Assembly: GCF_000315625.1 (NCBI RefSeq)
Contig: NW_005434600.1
Span: 294,748-358,747 of the forward strand
DNA: 64,000 nt
DNA from: Guillardia theta CCMP2712
Taxonomy: Eukaryota > Protista > Cryptophyta
Direction of reading: 5' to 3'
Below are positions 24,528 through 38,620 of this stretch, piece by piece. A program made the position numbers and the translations under genes. Under the pieces are notes generated by a model, which ran no database searches, was not told the origin of the DNA, and saw nothing but the letters and a program-made list of their open reading frames with translations. Position 1 is the first letter of the stretch. Each line of letters opens with the position of its first letter.

Positions 24528-26541
24528 CTACTTGGCCTGTGGCCGGAACACCTGCACGCGGCCGGAGCCCTGGAGGGAGGGCCCGCCGAGGAGGTCGAGG
24601 CAGTAGGGAATGGCGGGGAAGACAGCGTCGAGGCAGGTGCGGATGGCGTTGGGCTTGCCGGGGAGGTTGAGAACGAGCGTCTTGCCGATGGAAGCTGCGA
24701 GCTGCCTGCGAGAGAGAGTGAGGGGAGGAGGGCAAGAGGAGAGGAGGGAAGGGAAAGGTGGGGGAGGAGAGAAGGGGAGGAGGAGAAGAAGGAGGAGAGG
24801 GGAGGGGAGGGGAGCAGTGACAAGAACGGAGGGAGGAGGGACGGAAGAGTTTCATGTGTTTCACCTTGAGAGGATCGCTGTAGGAACTCCCTCCTCCAGG
24901 CTTCTCCTCCTCATCAGCTCGCCAAAGCCTTCAAGCCTCAATCAACAGCTCCACTTTCCCGCCCCTCTCATCCTCTCTCCCTCCTCTCCCCTGTTCCCCT
25001 CCGGATTCTCTCCTCCCCTCACTTTATTTTGTCGCCTTCCCCAATTACTAGCTCCCTTCCCGCCTTCCTCCCCTCCTTCAACTCTTCTCCTCTCCTTCCC
25101 AGCCCTCCTGCTCTTATCTCCTCCCCTCCTCCCCTCCTCCCCTCCTGTCTCTCTCTCACCATCGTAAACCTTGTCGCACACTTTCATCATCGCCTGCATC
25201 ATCTGTTATAGGCCTCCTCCTCCCCCCTCCCCCCTCCTCACTCCCTTCCTCCTCCCTCTCTTCATCCTCTTCCTCGTTCTCTCCCCGCCCACTCCCTCGC
25301 CCTTTCCTTCTCCTCGTCCTTCTCCTCGTCTCACCTCTGGCGTCACATCGCGTATCGCTGGTCCAGTTCCTCCAGTTGAGCAGACCAGAGCGCATCCTGC
25401 GAGATGTATGAGCCGAGGGAGGAGCATTAGAACGACGAGGAGTAGGAGGAGAGGCGAGGAGGAGAAGGAGGAGGAGGAGAAGGAAGGGGGGAGGGGGGGG
25501 AGGAGTGGGAAAAAGGAGCGGGAGGAAGAGGGGGGTGGGGGGGGTAAAGGACAAGACCTGCCAGTGCAAAGTCTCGGATTGCATTCGCAATCAAATCGAC
25601 TTCGTCTGGAACCATGCTGGAAGGAGAGGAGGGGAGAGGTCAAACATGGCTCTGTCGAGCATACGACACAAACGCTTCCCATTTCTCCCCTTCTCACGTC
25701 CCTCCTCCTTTCTTCTCACGTCCCTCCTCCTTTCTTCTCACGTCCATCCTCCTTTCTTCTCACGTCCCTCCTCCTTTCTTCCTCTCTCCTTCTACCGCTT
25801 TCCTCCGTTCCCAGTCAGCTTACCGACAGACAAACTCACAGTCAGTAGCGAGATATTCCCTCATGACCTGAAAGTTGAAATGTAAAACTCACACGCAGAC
25901 GAAGAGGAGGAGGAGGGGGGGAGAGATGAGGGAGGAGGGANNNNNNNNNNNNNNNNNNNNNNNNNNNNNNNNNNNNNNNNNNNNNNNNNNNNNNNNNNNN
26001 NNNNNNNNNNNNNNNNNNNNNNNNNNNNNNNNNNNNNNNNNNNNNNNNNNNNNNNNNNNNNNNNNNNNNNNNNNNNNNNNNNNNNNNNNNNNNNNNNNNN
26101 NNNNNNNNNNNNNNNNNNNNNNNNNNNNNNNNNNNNNNNNNNNNNNNNNNNNNNNNNNNNNNNNNNNNNNNNNNNNNNNNNNNNNNNNNNNNNNNNNNNN
26201 NNNNNNNNNNNNNNNNNNNNNNNNNNNNNNNNNNNNNNNNNNNNNNNNNNNNNNNNNNNNNNNNNNNNNNNNNNNNNNNNNNNNNNNNNNNNNNNNNNNN
26301 NNNNNNNNNNNNNNNNNNNNNNNNNNNNNNNNNNNNNNNNNNNNNNNNNNNNNNNNNNNNNNNNNNNNNNNNNNNNNNNNNNNNNNNNNNNNNNNNNNNN
26401 NNNNNNNNNNNNNNNNNNNNNNNNNNNNNNNNNNNNNNNNNNNNNNNNNNNNNNNNNNNNNNNNNNNNNNNNNNNNNNNNNNNNNNNNNNNNNNNNNNNN
26501 NNNNNNNNNNNNNNNNNNNNNNNNNNNNNNNNNNNNNGGAG

Positions 26542-26577
<36 letters not shown>

Positions 26578-27456
26578 GAGGAGGAGGAGGAGGAGGAGGA
26601 GGAGGAGGAGGAGTAGAGGAGGAGGAGGAGGAGTAGAGGAGGAGGAGTAGAGGAGGAGGAGTAGAGGAGGAGGACCTTGATCGTTGTCCTCCGGTTGAGA
26701 CGGCAACCAGACAAGCTTGACCATCATCCCACTGCAATGAGACTCGATAATACTCGGGCCTGACCAACCTCTAAGTATTGCTCCCCCTCCCTGCCCTCCC
26801 TGCCCTCCCTGCCCTCCTGTCGCCCCCGCTCCCGCTCCTATTCTGCTATCTCTACTCTCTCCTTGCTTTCTCATCCCCTCTCCCCCTGCTCCCTCCTTCC
26901 TCCTCACCGCTGTGGATCGAGGGTGATATTTTGTGTGGTTTTGACTCGCAACCTGCACATTCCGCAAATCAATTTCGACAGGAGCCCGAGGACGGGAGCA
27001 GAAGGAGAGCAGCACCAGCATCAGCACAACCACCACCACCACCAGCAGCAGCAGCAGGGGCAGGAGCAGGGCAGGGCAGGAGCAGGAGCAGGGAGCAGGA
27101 CGCAGGAGCCAGGGAGCAGGAGCAGGAGCGAGGAGCGAGGAGCNNNNNNNNNNNNNNNNNNNNNNNNNNNNNNNNNNNNNNNNNNNNNNNNNNNNNNNNN
27201 NNNNNNNNNNNNNNNNNNNNNNNNNNNNNNNNNNNNNNNNNNNNNGTCAGACCTCACCAGATGGAACGAGAGCAGCGCAATAGCGAGGGTTGCCAGGGAA
27301 GTCCAAAACACCAACAGAGAGCAGTCGTGACACCAACTTGACATGTCTGCAAACAGAGAAGCAAGTAACTCACTTTATTGCTCCTCTTCACGTCAAGGGT
27401 GGCAAACGTGAGAGGCTTTCCAGGTTTCATCAATACCTGTTCGTCGTCAAGACCAC

Positions 27457-27508
<52 letters not shown>

Positions 27509-27528
27509 TCCATCATCATCATCATCAT

Positions 27529-27559
<31 letters not shown>

Positions 27560-29970
27560 TCCATCATCATCATCATCATCTCCATCATCCTTCTGCTCTC
27601 CTCTACTTTCCTTCTCTCCTACTCCTCTCCTCTCCCCTCCACCTCCCCTCGCATCACCAACAGCAACAGAGGCATAATGTCAGCAGTCTCTCACCCTTCC
27701 GAAGTGAATCTTTCCCCTCCTCTCCAGCAGAGGCTTCACCAAGTCACGATCTCCCATCGAAACCCCCCCGGAGGTGATCAGCATGTTTGCTCCTTGCCCT
27801 ATCACCCTGAAGCCAAACTTACTCCATTCCTGCCTTTCCTCTATCTCCGTCCTCCCCGTCCTCCTCTTCCCCTCCTCTTCCGTTCTTCCTGCTTCACTTG
27901 CTCTCCTCCTCTCTTCTAAAATCTTCCCTTCTCACTTCTACCCATCCTCCTCTCCTCCTGCCTCTCCTTCTTGCTTCCACTTGATCCCGTCGTCCACGTC
28001 CACGTCCTCGCCCCTAGCACCAAACTCTGCTCTAATCTCCCACCTCCGATATATCGTTCCTCCTGCTCCTGCCCCTACTCCTGCTCCTGCTCCTGCCCCT
28101 ACTCCTGCTCCTGCTCCTGCCCCTTCTCCTGCGCCTTCTTCTGTCCCTGCTCTTCCTGCGATTTTTCACGCATTACTTATCAAGAGCTTGTTCAAGAGCT
28201 TGGGAGTTGTCATTAACGATTCCCATATCAATCACCTTGAGATTTTAAATCAGAAGGGCAAACCAAACTGCAGGAGAAAAGAAACAGCGATGATGGATGA
28301 AGATGAAGGCGGCAGTGGCAGCGGCGGCGGCAGTGGTGGTGGTGGTGGTGGTGGTGGTGGTGGTGGTGATGATGATGATGTTGATGTTGATGTTGATGAT
28401 GTTGATGTTGATGATATTGATGATGAAGGAGGAGGAGGAGGAGATTGAACATCGTACCTCAGCTCCGAGCTTTTCACAGGCAGCAAGCAGCATATTTCTG
28501 TTAGAGTCTCGAATCTGCCAGACGAAAAAACAAGTTCACACCTTGTCCATTCCAAGAAAACAGAAGAAGAGAAGGAAAGGAGGGGTGAGAGACGGATGGT
28601 TTTGAGAGCAAGGAAGGTGAGGGGGGCAGGGACGAGGAGGGCAAGGAAGAGGACGAGGACGAGAAAAGTTAGAGAGAGAAAGAAGAAAGAAAGAGTAGAT
28701 GTCAGAATGAAACTCACGATTCCCGGTGTTAAAGGGGATGATGCCTGTAAGAAAACGTTTCAGGAACACCTTCTCTCACAAGTTTCTTACCGTCACATCT
28801 GCAAGTTCATCCCCTGTTGACATGATGGCAACTTTCGGTCTTGAGAAAACTTTCGCTGCTGCAACACCAACAGTAGCAAGCAATCCAATCTGAAACTGCA
28901 TCATCGCCAACACTCGCTCCCCATCTCATCGCCCGCATTCTTTCGCTTCCTCCAGCATCAGCACCAGCTCCAACAAATCTGCTCCTCGTCCTGACCTTCC
29001 TCCTCCTCCTCCTCCCCTCCTCCTCTCGTCCTGACCTTCCTCCTCCTCCTCCTCCTCCCCTCCTCCTCTTCCTACCTCAGCAGCTCCGATCCTCTCACCA
29101 GCTGCCAGCACTCTCTCCCCTGTCGCCATGTCCGATCCAACTTCCCGCACATTCTGCCGGGGCTTCGCTGCCTTGCTGATCTTCACCCTCCCCTCGGAGG
29201 AACCAGGTAGTGTCTCCTCCACCATGACTACCGCATCCGCTCCCGCAGGTAGAGGAGCCCCGGTGGTGATGTAGCACACGCTCCCGGCAGATACAGAAAC
29301 TCCTTCACTTGCACCTGCTCGTGAACTCCCGACGATGTTGAACTCCCCAGCTCCATCAGACGACACGACCGCATAACCGTCCATGATGGAGGTGGGAACC
29401 TGTAGGCAAGGCTCTCACAAGGCAGTGGGGAGGGAGAGGGAGGGAGAGGAGGGAGAGGGGAGGAGGCGTGGAGGGACGGTAGGGCCGGAAGGGCGNNNNN
29501 NNNNNNNNNNNNNNNNNNNNNNNNNNNNNNNNNNNNNNNNNNNNNNNNNNNNNNNNNNNNNNNNNNNNNNNNNNNNNNNNNNNNNNNNNNNNNNNAAGAT
29601 AACAACACACGTTGCAAGAAGAAAAGACAACAAGACACGTTGTAAAGGCATCAAGGCACCAGAAGATTTTGGAGCTTTCTTTCTTCCAATTCGAGTGGGC
29701 TTGTATGCTCAAGAGAAATCTTGTTGGCCTCTGCGATAGAAATCTGAAGGAAATCTCCCCCTCAATGGGAATCCGTTTTCCATCTGGCCCCACCTCCTAT
29801 TTCTAATCTGGCCCCTCCTCCTCGCCCTGCTCCTTCATCCTCCTCAACCCCCTCCACTTTGTTCCTCTCCCCCCCCCCCCCCCCCCCCCCCCCTCTCTCT
29901 CCCTTCCCCTGCTCCGCCTTGTCGTTCTCACCATCGGCCACGGGGATGCTGGAGCGGCTGCTGCCATCAT
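24528..29970 (-). CDS. CNX1: Molybdenum cofactor biosynthesis protein with MoeA(E) N-terminal and MogA(G) C-terminal domains (CNX1-like); many exons, spans gaps
   Basis: MMAAAAPASPWPM|ISIAEA start; MDGYAV, YITTGAPLPAGADAVVMVEET, RPEYYRV, STGGQRS; G domain STGGTGPAIRDVTPE, PTAILSR, LNLPGKP. Confidence 0.85.
25941..26537. other. Assembly gap; 100-N-scale gaps also at ~20986, 27144, 29496, 54331 and 56663
   Basis: N runs. Confidence 1.
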
Positions 29971-32017
29971 AGGTCTCCTTCAAGACCGCAGAAGATGGCG
30001 GAGCCACAAATACCGCAAACTCAGCCGCAAACTCCTCTGAAACTCCTGCAGAAACTCCTGTCCACAGTACTGATTTTTAACTCAACTTTGAGTAAAAGAC
30101 TCTGAGAAACTTGGTCGCCGGATCAGTCACGGCGAAACTCAGTGACTCGGACCCGTGACCCGGCCCGGCCTGGGCAGCCCGGCCTATCTGTCAGGCTTCG
30201 GACTGAGTTGGGCCGGGCAGCCGAGTCCGATCCAAGTGTCCCCCGGGAGCCGGCGGCCGCTCCGGCCGCGGGTGCCGGCCGGGTGCCAGGCCCGGCCCGG
30301 ACTCGGGAGCCCGGACCGTCCGATCGGTACGGAGCCAGACTCGCCGCCGGGCCCGGGCCCGCCGGGCGTCTGCCCGCCCGGCCGTAACGTTCTTGGATGT
30401 CAGCAACAATGATGTAACCGTCAGCAACTAGCTGTACACCCCTACTCACAACACCCCCACCCCCAATGAAGGCCTTGTAGCTGTTTCCACCCACCCTTGC
30501 ATTAGGCAACCCTCCTTATGGAATCAATCACCCATTCTTCTCAATGGTAAAGTACCGGTGTTATCAATGTACTCCACGACAAATTGCATACCCTACCCCC
30601 TCTAATCAAACATACGTGTCTGCACCCCTACTTGACCACTACCCTGAGGGAACATGGATCCGTCCCTTCCGTCTCACTACTAACACCTCATTCTATTACC
30701 CTACCCCCTCTGAATTTTGACTACCCTACATCAATCCCAGACATACACCCGGTGCTTCAGATCCTGAATGGACCCCCACCCGATGTCACAGATTCGATGT
30801 ACCCCCTCCTTGCAATTTCACTAAAGGGTGTACCTTGTGCTTGTACCCTACCCCGCAATTCAGCTGTGATAGTAGTTAAATATACCCCTACTCAATCCCT
30901 TACCAGCCCTAGCCCAGAACATGGGCTGATCACCCTACCCCCTCTTCTCCCCGCACTAGTCGTATATTCCTCACTACCCCTCAGGATCCAGAGATTGCTG
31001 TCCCTAGGAAAAAATTATTGCGTTGGTACCCTACCCCTATATGGTCTGTTTGACTCCCGTAGAAGTACCCGTGTAGAAAGGACCTACCCCCTCAAATGAT
31101 CCAGATCAAGAACCCTACCACCTGATTTCCCTCTGCTTTGAGGACCCGCACTTTGTTAGGACTACCACCCCTCCTTTTCTGATTCTTCCCCGTGATACTG
31201 CAGTACCCTGCTGTCCCTGCTCTACACCCCAATATTTTCAATTGAGTACCCACCCTTTCTGCTGCAAGCCACTCAACAATGACCACCCTACCTGTCTCAA
31301 CTCTCCCACAACCCGCCAAATGCTATGAGTACCCGTTCTTTTTCCGATGAAAATACCCCACCCCCTCCTCTCTGCCTGTGGCCACGAGCGGCAATGCGCA
31401 TCGTCGTCGCCGTAGCCGGTACTCCCCCACCATGGCAGCTCCTGCTGGTCCTATCGAGCATGCTTCCGCCTTTCTTGCTTCAGCTGACCTTACCCCACTC
31501 CTCTCTTGCTTCGCCCTTGCCTTTCTACCGCGCGTTTTTTCTATTCCCCGAGTCTCCTCTGCTCTATGTACTGTGGTCTATCTCCGCGTGGAGTCTGACC
31601 TCCTGAAGATGGAGGAGCATGAACCGAACTACATCCCCCATGTACACATACAATGTATTGATGCGTGCCAAACGTGATCACGCCAGAACTGTGCTGTATG
31701 CACTCATTTCAGCGCGTTGAAGTCATCTTGTGGATCGATTTTCCATTTTTCAGGGATTTGCGCTGACGACCGGTTTTATCTCTTCTCGTATCTTCATCTG
31801 TACCGACCTCATATTTTAACAAAAGCTTAACTTTCACAATATGATTTACACGCTCCTTGTTCGTTGATATGTAAATCCTTTTTCTACTGCTCAACAGTCC
31901 TTTTCTTGCCCATGGACCGTAAGGTGTTGTGCACCCAGTAGGCGATGCCTGTCTATGTTTATGATATATCATATCACATCCTCACACCAAATATGTCGTG
32001 CACTCACATGCAAGTGG

Positions 32018-34394
32018 ATGATAGAGTTGGTCCTGATCTGGTTTGCAGGCGTCGGTGGCGTATGGCTATTGTGGAAGCGGTTGAAACAGTACCTCGAATA
32101 TCGCGGGAGAAAATTGCCTCCAGTGTACAGGGAAGGACTTCATGTTCCCCTGCTGGGAGCAGCCCTTCAGTTCCTCTCGGATCCTCTGAAAATGGCACGT
32201 CGAGCGCAGGACGTGCATGGGGATATCTTCACTGTGTATGTGCTCGGAAAGAGGTTGACGTTCATGTGCGGCCCTGATGCTCAGGAGAACTTCTGCCGAG
32301 CGAGGGATGACGAGTTGTCTCAGCAGCAGGCATACAAGTTCAGTGTCCCCCTGTTCGGCCCCGGTGTGGTGTATGATGCGGATCTGGAGAAGAGGACGGA
32401 GCAGATCAAGTTTGTAACCAACTCGTTGCACACTACGGCGATCGGCCAGTATGTGCCGATGATGGTGGATGAGGCTGAGAAATACTTTGCTTCGTGGGGA
32501 GATGAGGGAGTCGTTGATATTTACACCGCCCTTGCCGAGCTCATCATCTTAACGGCTTCCAGATGCCTGATGGGTCCAGAGATCCGTAGCGAGCTGCACA
32601 AGGAGGTCTCAGAGCTGTACGCGATTCTTGATAAGGGCTGCACCCCAATTTCATTCTTTGCCCCATATTTTCCCATACCGGCGCATTTCAGGAGAGACAA
32701 GGCCCGTAGACAGATGGTGGCACTCTTCCAGAAAGTTATTGAGAAACGTAGGAAAGAGAACAAACGATACAATGATGTGCTTCAGGTGAATATTTGCCTA
32801 CCAGCGCAACTGCACCAACGTGATGCTTTTCAGGTCTACATGGATGCTACATACAAGAATGGTGACAAACTGCCGGCACACGAGGTGTGATTTGTTCTTG
32901 CCTTGTCCGCAGAATGTGCTGATGCAGGATTTGGTTGTAGGTCACCGGATTGCTTATCGCTCTGCTATTTGCGGGACAGGTAGTTGCCTCAGCCGCAGCC
33001 ATTTTGATTCACGCGTTCCTGCTCCGTTATGCCCTCATGGTGCCTTGACTGAAATTCTCTTGGCAGCACACTTCGTCTGTAACTTCGTCCTGGACTGGTT
33101 TGTACATGTTGGACAATAAGAAGGACATCATCCCGAAGGTGTTGATCTCTCTTTGCATTCAACCGGGACTTATCTTGATGTTCAGCTTGTCGAAGAGCAA
33201 AAGAAGGTTGGAAAAGTGATTGATCATGAGGTAGAGTCGCACCCGTTGGTCTCAACACACTCTGAAAGTCCACAAGGCGATCAAGAACATGTCTCTTTTG
33301 CACGCAACAGTGTCGGAGGCGTTGAGAATGCAGCCACCACTCATCTTTGTCATGCGAGAGGTGCTGCCCACTTTGAGCGCTGCGGTCCAGTCTAATCGTT
33401 GAGTGAAGGTCCTTCAAGATAGGCAGTTCAAGGATTACACCATCCCCAAGGTATTGCACCAAACGCATCTTGTCTTGTCCTGGTATCCTGACACATGTGG
33501 GTAGGGAGATGTAATATTCCTCTCTCCTTCGCTCTCTGGTCGACGACCAGACGTCTGGACCAACCCTGACTCGTTCGATCCCTTCCGGTAGAGATGCTGC
33601 ACTGCTGTTTCTCCCTCCACTAACTTGATTCTCAGCTTCTTGGAGCCAAGGGAGGAGCATCGCAAATTCTCTCATGGTTGGCTTGGGTTTGGTGGCGGGT
33701 ATGTCAGCCCGGGCTCATGGCACGATGTTGGTCGTTGAGTGGATCGTTGCAGGCGCCACCGCTGCTTAGGCGAGCACTTCGCCTATGTCCAGATCAAGAC
33801 GTGAGACAATGTTTGTTGCTCCGGTCACATCTGAGCCACTGCAGGATTTGGGCTTACCTCCTCCGTAACTTTGAAATGGAAGCTGTATGTGCTCCAATCC
33901 TGCTTCCACATTCCTTCATCTCCTCCTCTGCTCCATGCTTCATCTTCGTCCATGCGGATCTGTTTTGTGACTCTTTGTCGATAGGTTGGACCCTTGCCTT
34001 CACCCAACTACGAGGTAAGACGCATCTGTGTTGGGGCGACTAGCTGTGTAACCCCTGCTCCGATGGAGCTGATTTTCACTTATCTGTGTGTTTGGGCGAA
34101 TGCATTCAATCATGAGATTTTTTTTGATACATGACGCCATATGTGCAAGGACTTGTGTTTGTCTGCCAGTATTGCGCTCTTGTCATTTATATTCGGCTTC
34201 ATTCTTCCCTTGTTGACCTGAAACTTTTCTGTGCCGGATGCAGTTTTCTGTGTTTCTGTGTTTCTGTGCCTTCCTATCTGATCACAAGTTCGAGTCGTGA
34301 TAACATTCTCTAACCTAGTTGACAGGCTCTTGTTGTTGGTCCCAAGCATCCCTGCCTCATCCGCTATGTCCGTCGCAAGCTGCCCATCGACTGA
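32018..34394 (+). CDS. CYP51: Sterol 14-alpha-demethylase (CYP51); multi-exon
   Basis: PLFGPGVVYD, LIILTASRCLMG, LLFAGQ|HTSS, EALRM, heme motif GFGGG|RHRCLGEHFAY. Last exon ALVVGPKHPCLIRYVRRKLPID*. Confidence 0.96.
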
Positions 34395-36726
34395 TCGATC
34401 GGATGTACCCCGGGGCTCGACTCGCTCCGCCCCCTCTGTCATGTGATTTACGTCAGTGAATGATTAAATGTTCAGATTCTCCGCAATCTGCCGCTCGCAG
34501 AGACTCAGGCAGTTCCGACCGAGCTGAAGACTCTCGTTGGATCGGTTGCCAGCGGGCCCACCGTGCACCGTGGCACTGCCGCGGCCCCGGCGGCCCGGGA
34601 GTCAGCGGCGGCGCGGCCGGGCGCTCCGAGCTGCGGCCAGGCTGCTGCTGGCCCCCCGGCTTCAGTATCCGAGTGTCCGGTCGGCCCGCCGGCGGGGCCG
34701 GTCCGGGTCAAACTCAACTTTCAGAGCCTCGGAGGCCGGCTCAGTACGGTCCTCCCAGTAGTCAACTACCGGCCCCGGCCCGGGCCGGGCCGGGCGGCCG
34801 CACGTCGGGCTGGACTCGGAACTCGGAAGTCACATGGCCGGACAATTTCCATGTCACGTGACACGACCCCTCGGCTTTCGGCTCCAAGAGACGCGCGACT
34901 CTTGACGTGATGAGTTCCCCTACCCCACCCCTACCCTCTCCCATTCACTACCCACCAGTCATGAAAATTATACTTCGGATGAGGTACCCTAGCACCACCC
35001 CTCGAATGGAACCACCCTGATTTATTCGTATCCATCTACCCCCTATACCCTACCCCTCTAGAAGTCAGCTCAAAATGGACGTGACGAGCAGGGTAGGTTC
35101 GAGGTGGGGTAGTGTGAGTATGTAATGCTGTAGAGACCCTGGTACTGCTACAGCTCCACATAGAGAGCAGCGTTTACACGAGGGGGTTCTTTGAAGGAAT
35201 AGAGGGGGTAGGGGTGATCATTTCTTGGGGAAGTGGGTGGGTGGTGTCCTTATGTGGCGATGGTTTGATCGTAAAGGAGGGGTGGATATGATTTTCAACG
35301 TATTAGGAGGGGTTAAACAAGGGAGTTCTTGGTTTATTTCATGGGTAGGGTAATTCAATCGGGGGTAGGGGTTCTTTTCCAATCTAGTGGGTTGGGACTC
35401 GGGTATCATGTCCCCACTACCCCACCCAACATTCACATCGATACCACATGTGACAGTACCCGTACCCTGAATGCTACCCCTTCATGGTAGACTACCCCTC
35501 TTTCCCACACAACCAAGTGCTCCAACCCACCACCTCCACCACTTAGTCCGTTACCCACCCCCTGAAAGGACTTATCGAGAACCCTACCCGTTAGGACAGG
35601 AATTATTATTACCACTGGGCACAATTTGTGCCAAGAAACTGAGTACCACCCCCTACCCTCTGCCAATATTCCTGGACCCCTACCCCCAATCCGCTCTATC
35701 GGGTACATTCGGCTATTTGGGTTTTTAATTGTGCCATTATGGATTTGGTACTGATTCAGTACATCGTGAAAGTAACATGAATATATATATTATTGAAATT
35801 ATACTGAGAAATTACTGGACAGAAAATAACTTGCTACAAGTAAGCCGGACATGTAAACAAGAGGTACAAATAATAAATGTCATTTTACTAAAAGCTACTG
35901 GAAATTCCAGTAGAGTAGCACAATCGATTGTACCCTAATCAGACAATAAAGTTTTGGAGTATTTTAAAATCTATTGAATTTGGTAGAGAACTTCAGTACA
36001 CTTCCATATCAAACCCTCCATTCCCCTACTGCAAAACAAACTCTCTCACACAAATAAAAACTGTATTTAAAATCAATTCAAAATTCTTTTAGAGGGACTT
36101 TGTATTCCCTTAGGGATCCTAGGTCCAATCCCCTAGGGCGTTGTAGGATCCCTAGACCCCACCGCCTCCCCCAGTCCTACTCCATGCACCCCGCAGTTGT
36201 TAGCGCACCAGCGTAGTCGCTTCTCCTGCTCCTGTCGGCCGATCCTCCTCCTCCTCCTCCTCCTCGTCCTCTAACTGGTTCTTATCCCTTCTCCTCTTTG
36301 TGTGCCTTCACTTCCAGGGCTCCTGTTCGTGGTCGACAAGGCATTTGCAGTCAAAACTGTGCGCTGAAACGTGTGCTTGCTCGGTAGTTCGATTCCACCT
36401 TGAAACTATTCTGAACGGGGCATTCTGAAGCCTCAAAGGTTTCTTGAAGAGGGAAGAACTGGAGCAGACCGAACTTGTGTAGCTTTCCTTCAGCTTTAGA
36501 ATCACCACGTCGATCGGCAGGGGGGCTCCGTGAACATGATGATTTGTTGAAGCTGAGACTGCGAGCCTGGGCTGTTGGAGCAAGGGCAAGGAACGTATCC
36601 ACTAGTTGGAGAAATTGTATGATTGCGCATCGACACGCCTACTAGAAACACACTTGCACAGAGATCTGCAAACGCCCGAGACTCCCTTACTCCCGTGTGC
36701 ATACAGTGTCTAGTGCCGTCTAGGAA

Positions 36727-38620
36727 ATGACCGGCAAGGCGTCTGGTCCAACGCTTGTCCACTCCACTGCCAACATGTCTCCAAGCACATCGAGCAGCCC
36801 GGGCCCGATCCTCAACAAGGAGGTGAAGTTGGACGAGCTCTCGAAGTACTTTCATCTGCCGGAGAAGGCAGTGGCCAAGGAACTAGGGATCTGCCTGACA
36901 TCGCTCAAGAAGCTGTGTAGAAGTTACGGCATCACCAGATGGCCTTTCCGGAAGCTAAAAAGTCTGGAGAGGACGATGCGAAAAGTGCAAACAGAAGAAT
37001 CGTGGAATGTAGGCGGACAGTCCACGGGTGACGGCGATAGCAAGACACCAGTACCAGAGCTGAAAGTGAGTCCGCTGGGTTGTGTATGATGTGTTTGTCC
37101 TAACTTGCTGGTTCTTCAGCGAAAACCTTACACTGTTGGAAACAAGACAGTGTTTCTTAGTGATGAGGAGCTGGAAGTGTTCAAGATGACCATGGGAAAG
37201 GATCAGGCTAGCGAGCTGAAGCCGACTCCAATCTCAACGTTGGAGCCCTCTCTGTACTTCCCATTCGCTTGAGAAAGCTTCTTCCTTAAATTTTACACAA
37301 ACAGGATCAACAACGCGACCATGGCTGCTGCAAGCTCGGCACTGGCTAGCGTGATCAGAGTCTCCAATGAGAACTCGAGCCACTACGACACCAGCTACTC
37401 CAATGGTGGCGACTTACAGCCCTCCCCGCTGCTTCTGACCTCTTTGGAAGGCAACGCAGATGCGGACGAAGAGAACTGCACGGTTTCTGCTGAGGTGTGA
37501 GCTGTGCTCGCAGGATATCGTATCTGACAGCTTGTCGTTCCTCCCAGGTGAAGGGCAACACCCTCGTGATCGTCCACTGGTCTACCCTGTGGTCGCAACC
37601 GCAGCTCAAGGGGAAGCTGCTGTATCCTCTCAAGGGGGTGAGGCTGTGGCTGAATGCCGTCCCCTCTTCCTCTGACATGCGCTGCAGGTTTCTCTCCGAG
37701 TGTCTACCGACGGCGTGACCGCAGAGTTGGAGTTCCCGTCGTCTGAAACTGCCCAGAGGGCCTTGAGAATATGCAAGATGGCTCAGAGTCAGGCGGCGCA
37801 AGCCAATGGTGAGGGCTAGAGGCTGGATTCAGCCAGCTGGTTGCTCACTGTCTTTCCCAGCTCCTAAGACGATCCCACCGGCCAGTTCAGCCGCTCCCAT
37901 GGGTATGCCTCCGCTGAGGGCCTTTTCGATGTTTGGCTCACATGCGCATGAACAGAGGCGATACACTTCAGCCTGTCGCCGCCAGCCACTGAGAACACGA
38001 TACACGCCTTGTTAACAGATAGTTGTGGGCTCCAGCCGCCATCGACCCAGGTGCAAGCATGTTTTGAGCTGAGCTTCCGATCTCAAGGCGGTGCCAGGCT
38101 GGGTTCAACCTCTGGTCCACCTTCCTCAACGGAGGAGCTCCTCCTGGATCTTCACAGTCCGTGAGTTGACACATTGTCATGGTATGTCACATCGCCCTGA
38201 CTTCTCTGCTTGGCAGCACGGCACTGGATCCAGCCATGCTACTTCAAGTAAGCTCGTCTTGCCTTGTATATCTTTCCTGCCTCTCCTCTGAATATCTTGC
38301 GACCAGCATCCGATGCAAGAACTGCGATCACCAGCATGTGCGATAGCCTTCCTTCACCTCCCATGTCCGGAACAGCTCTCGGTACCTGTTTTCTCTCAAG
38401 TTACTTCACGCAGCTGACAACTCTGCTCGCAGGGATCCTCTTGGATCACTCGACGGCTCCTCCTATCTCTGCTCCGCTGTCCTCCATCTTTCCCAACATG
38501 TTCCAAAGGTGTTGGACTGAAGGGCCTCCCCTCCTCGCCCTCTGATCCAGCCTGTCTTGCAGCAACTCTGAACACAACACCAGCGGCCATGGGAATCACT
38601 CACAACCCAACAGCTGTGAC
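36727..38620 (+). CDS. RWP-RK domain transcription factor; multi-exon, 3' end approximate
   Basis: LSKYFHLPEKAVAKELGICLTSLKKLCRSYGITRWPFRKLKSL. Confidence 0.9.

Noticed and set aside
25842-27042. Long ORFs spanning N runs
   Set aside because: Artefacts of assembly gaps.
30584-31099. 171-aa Pro/Thr/Leu-rich ORF
   Set aside because: Product of the TACCC-rich non-coding block; non-ATG start and no domain.
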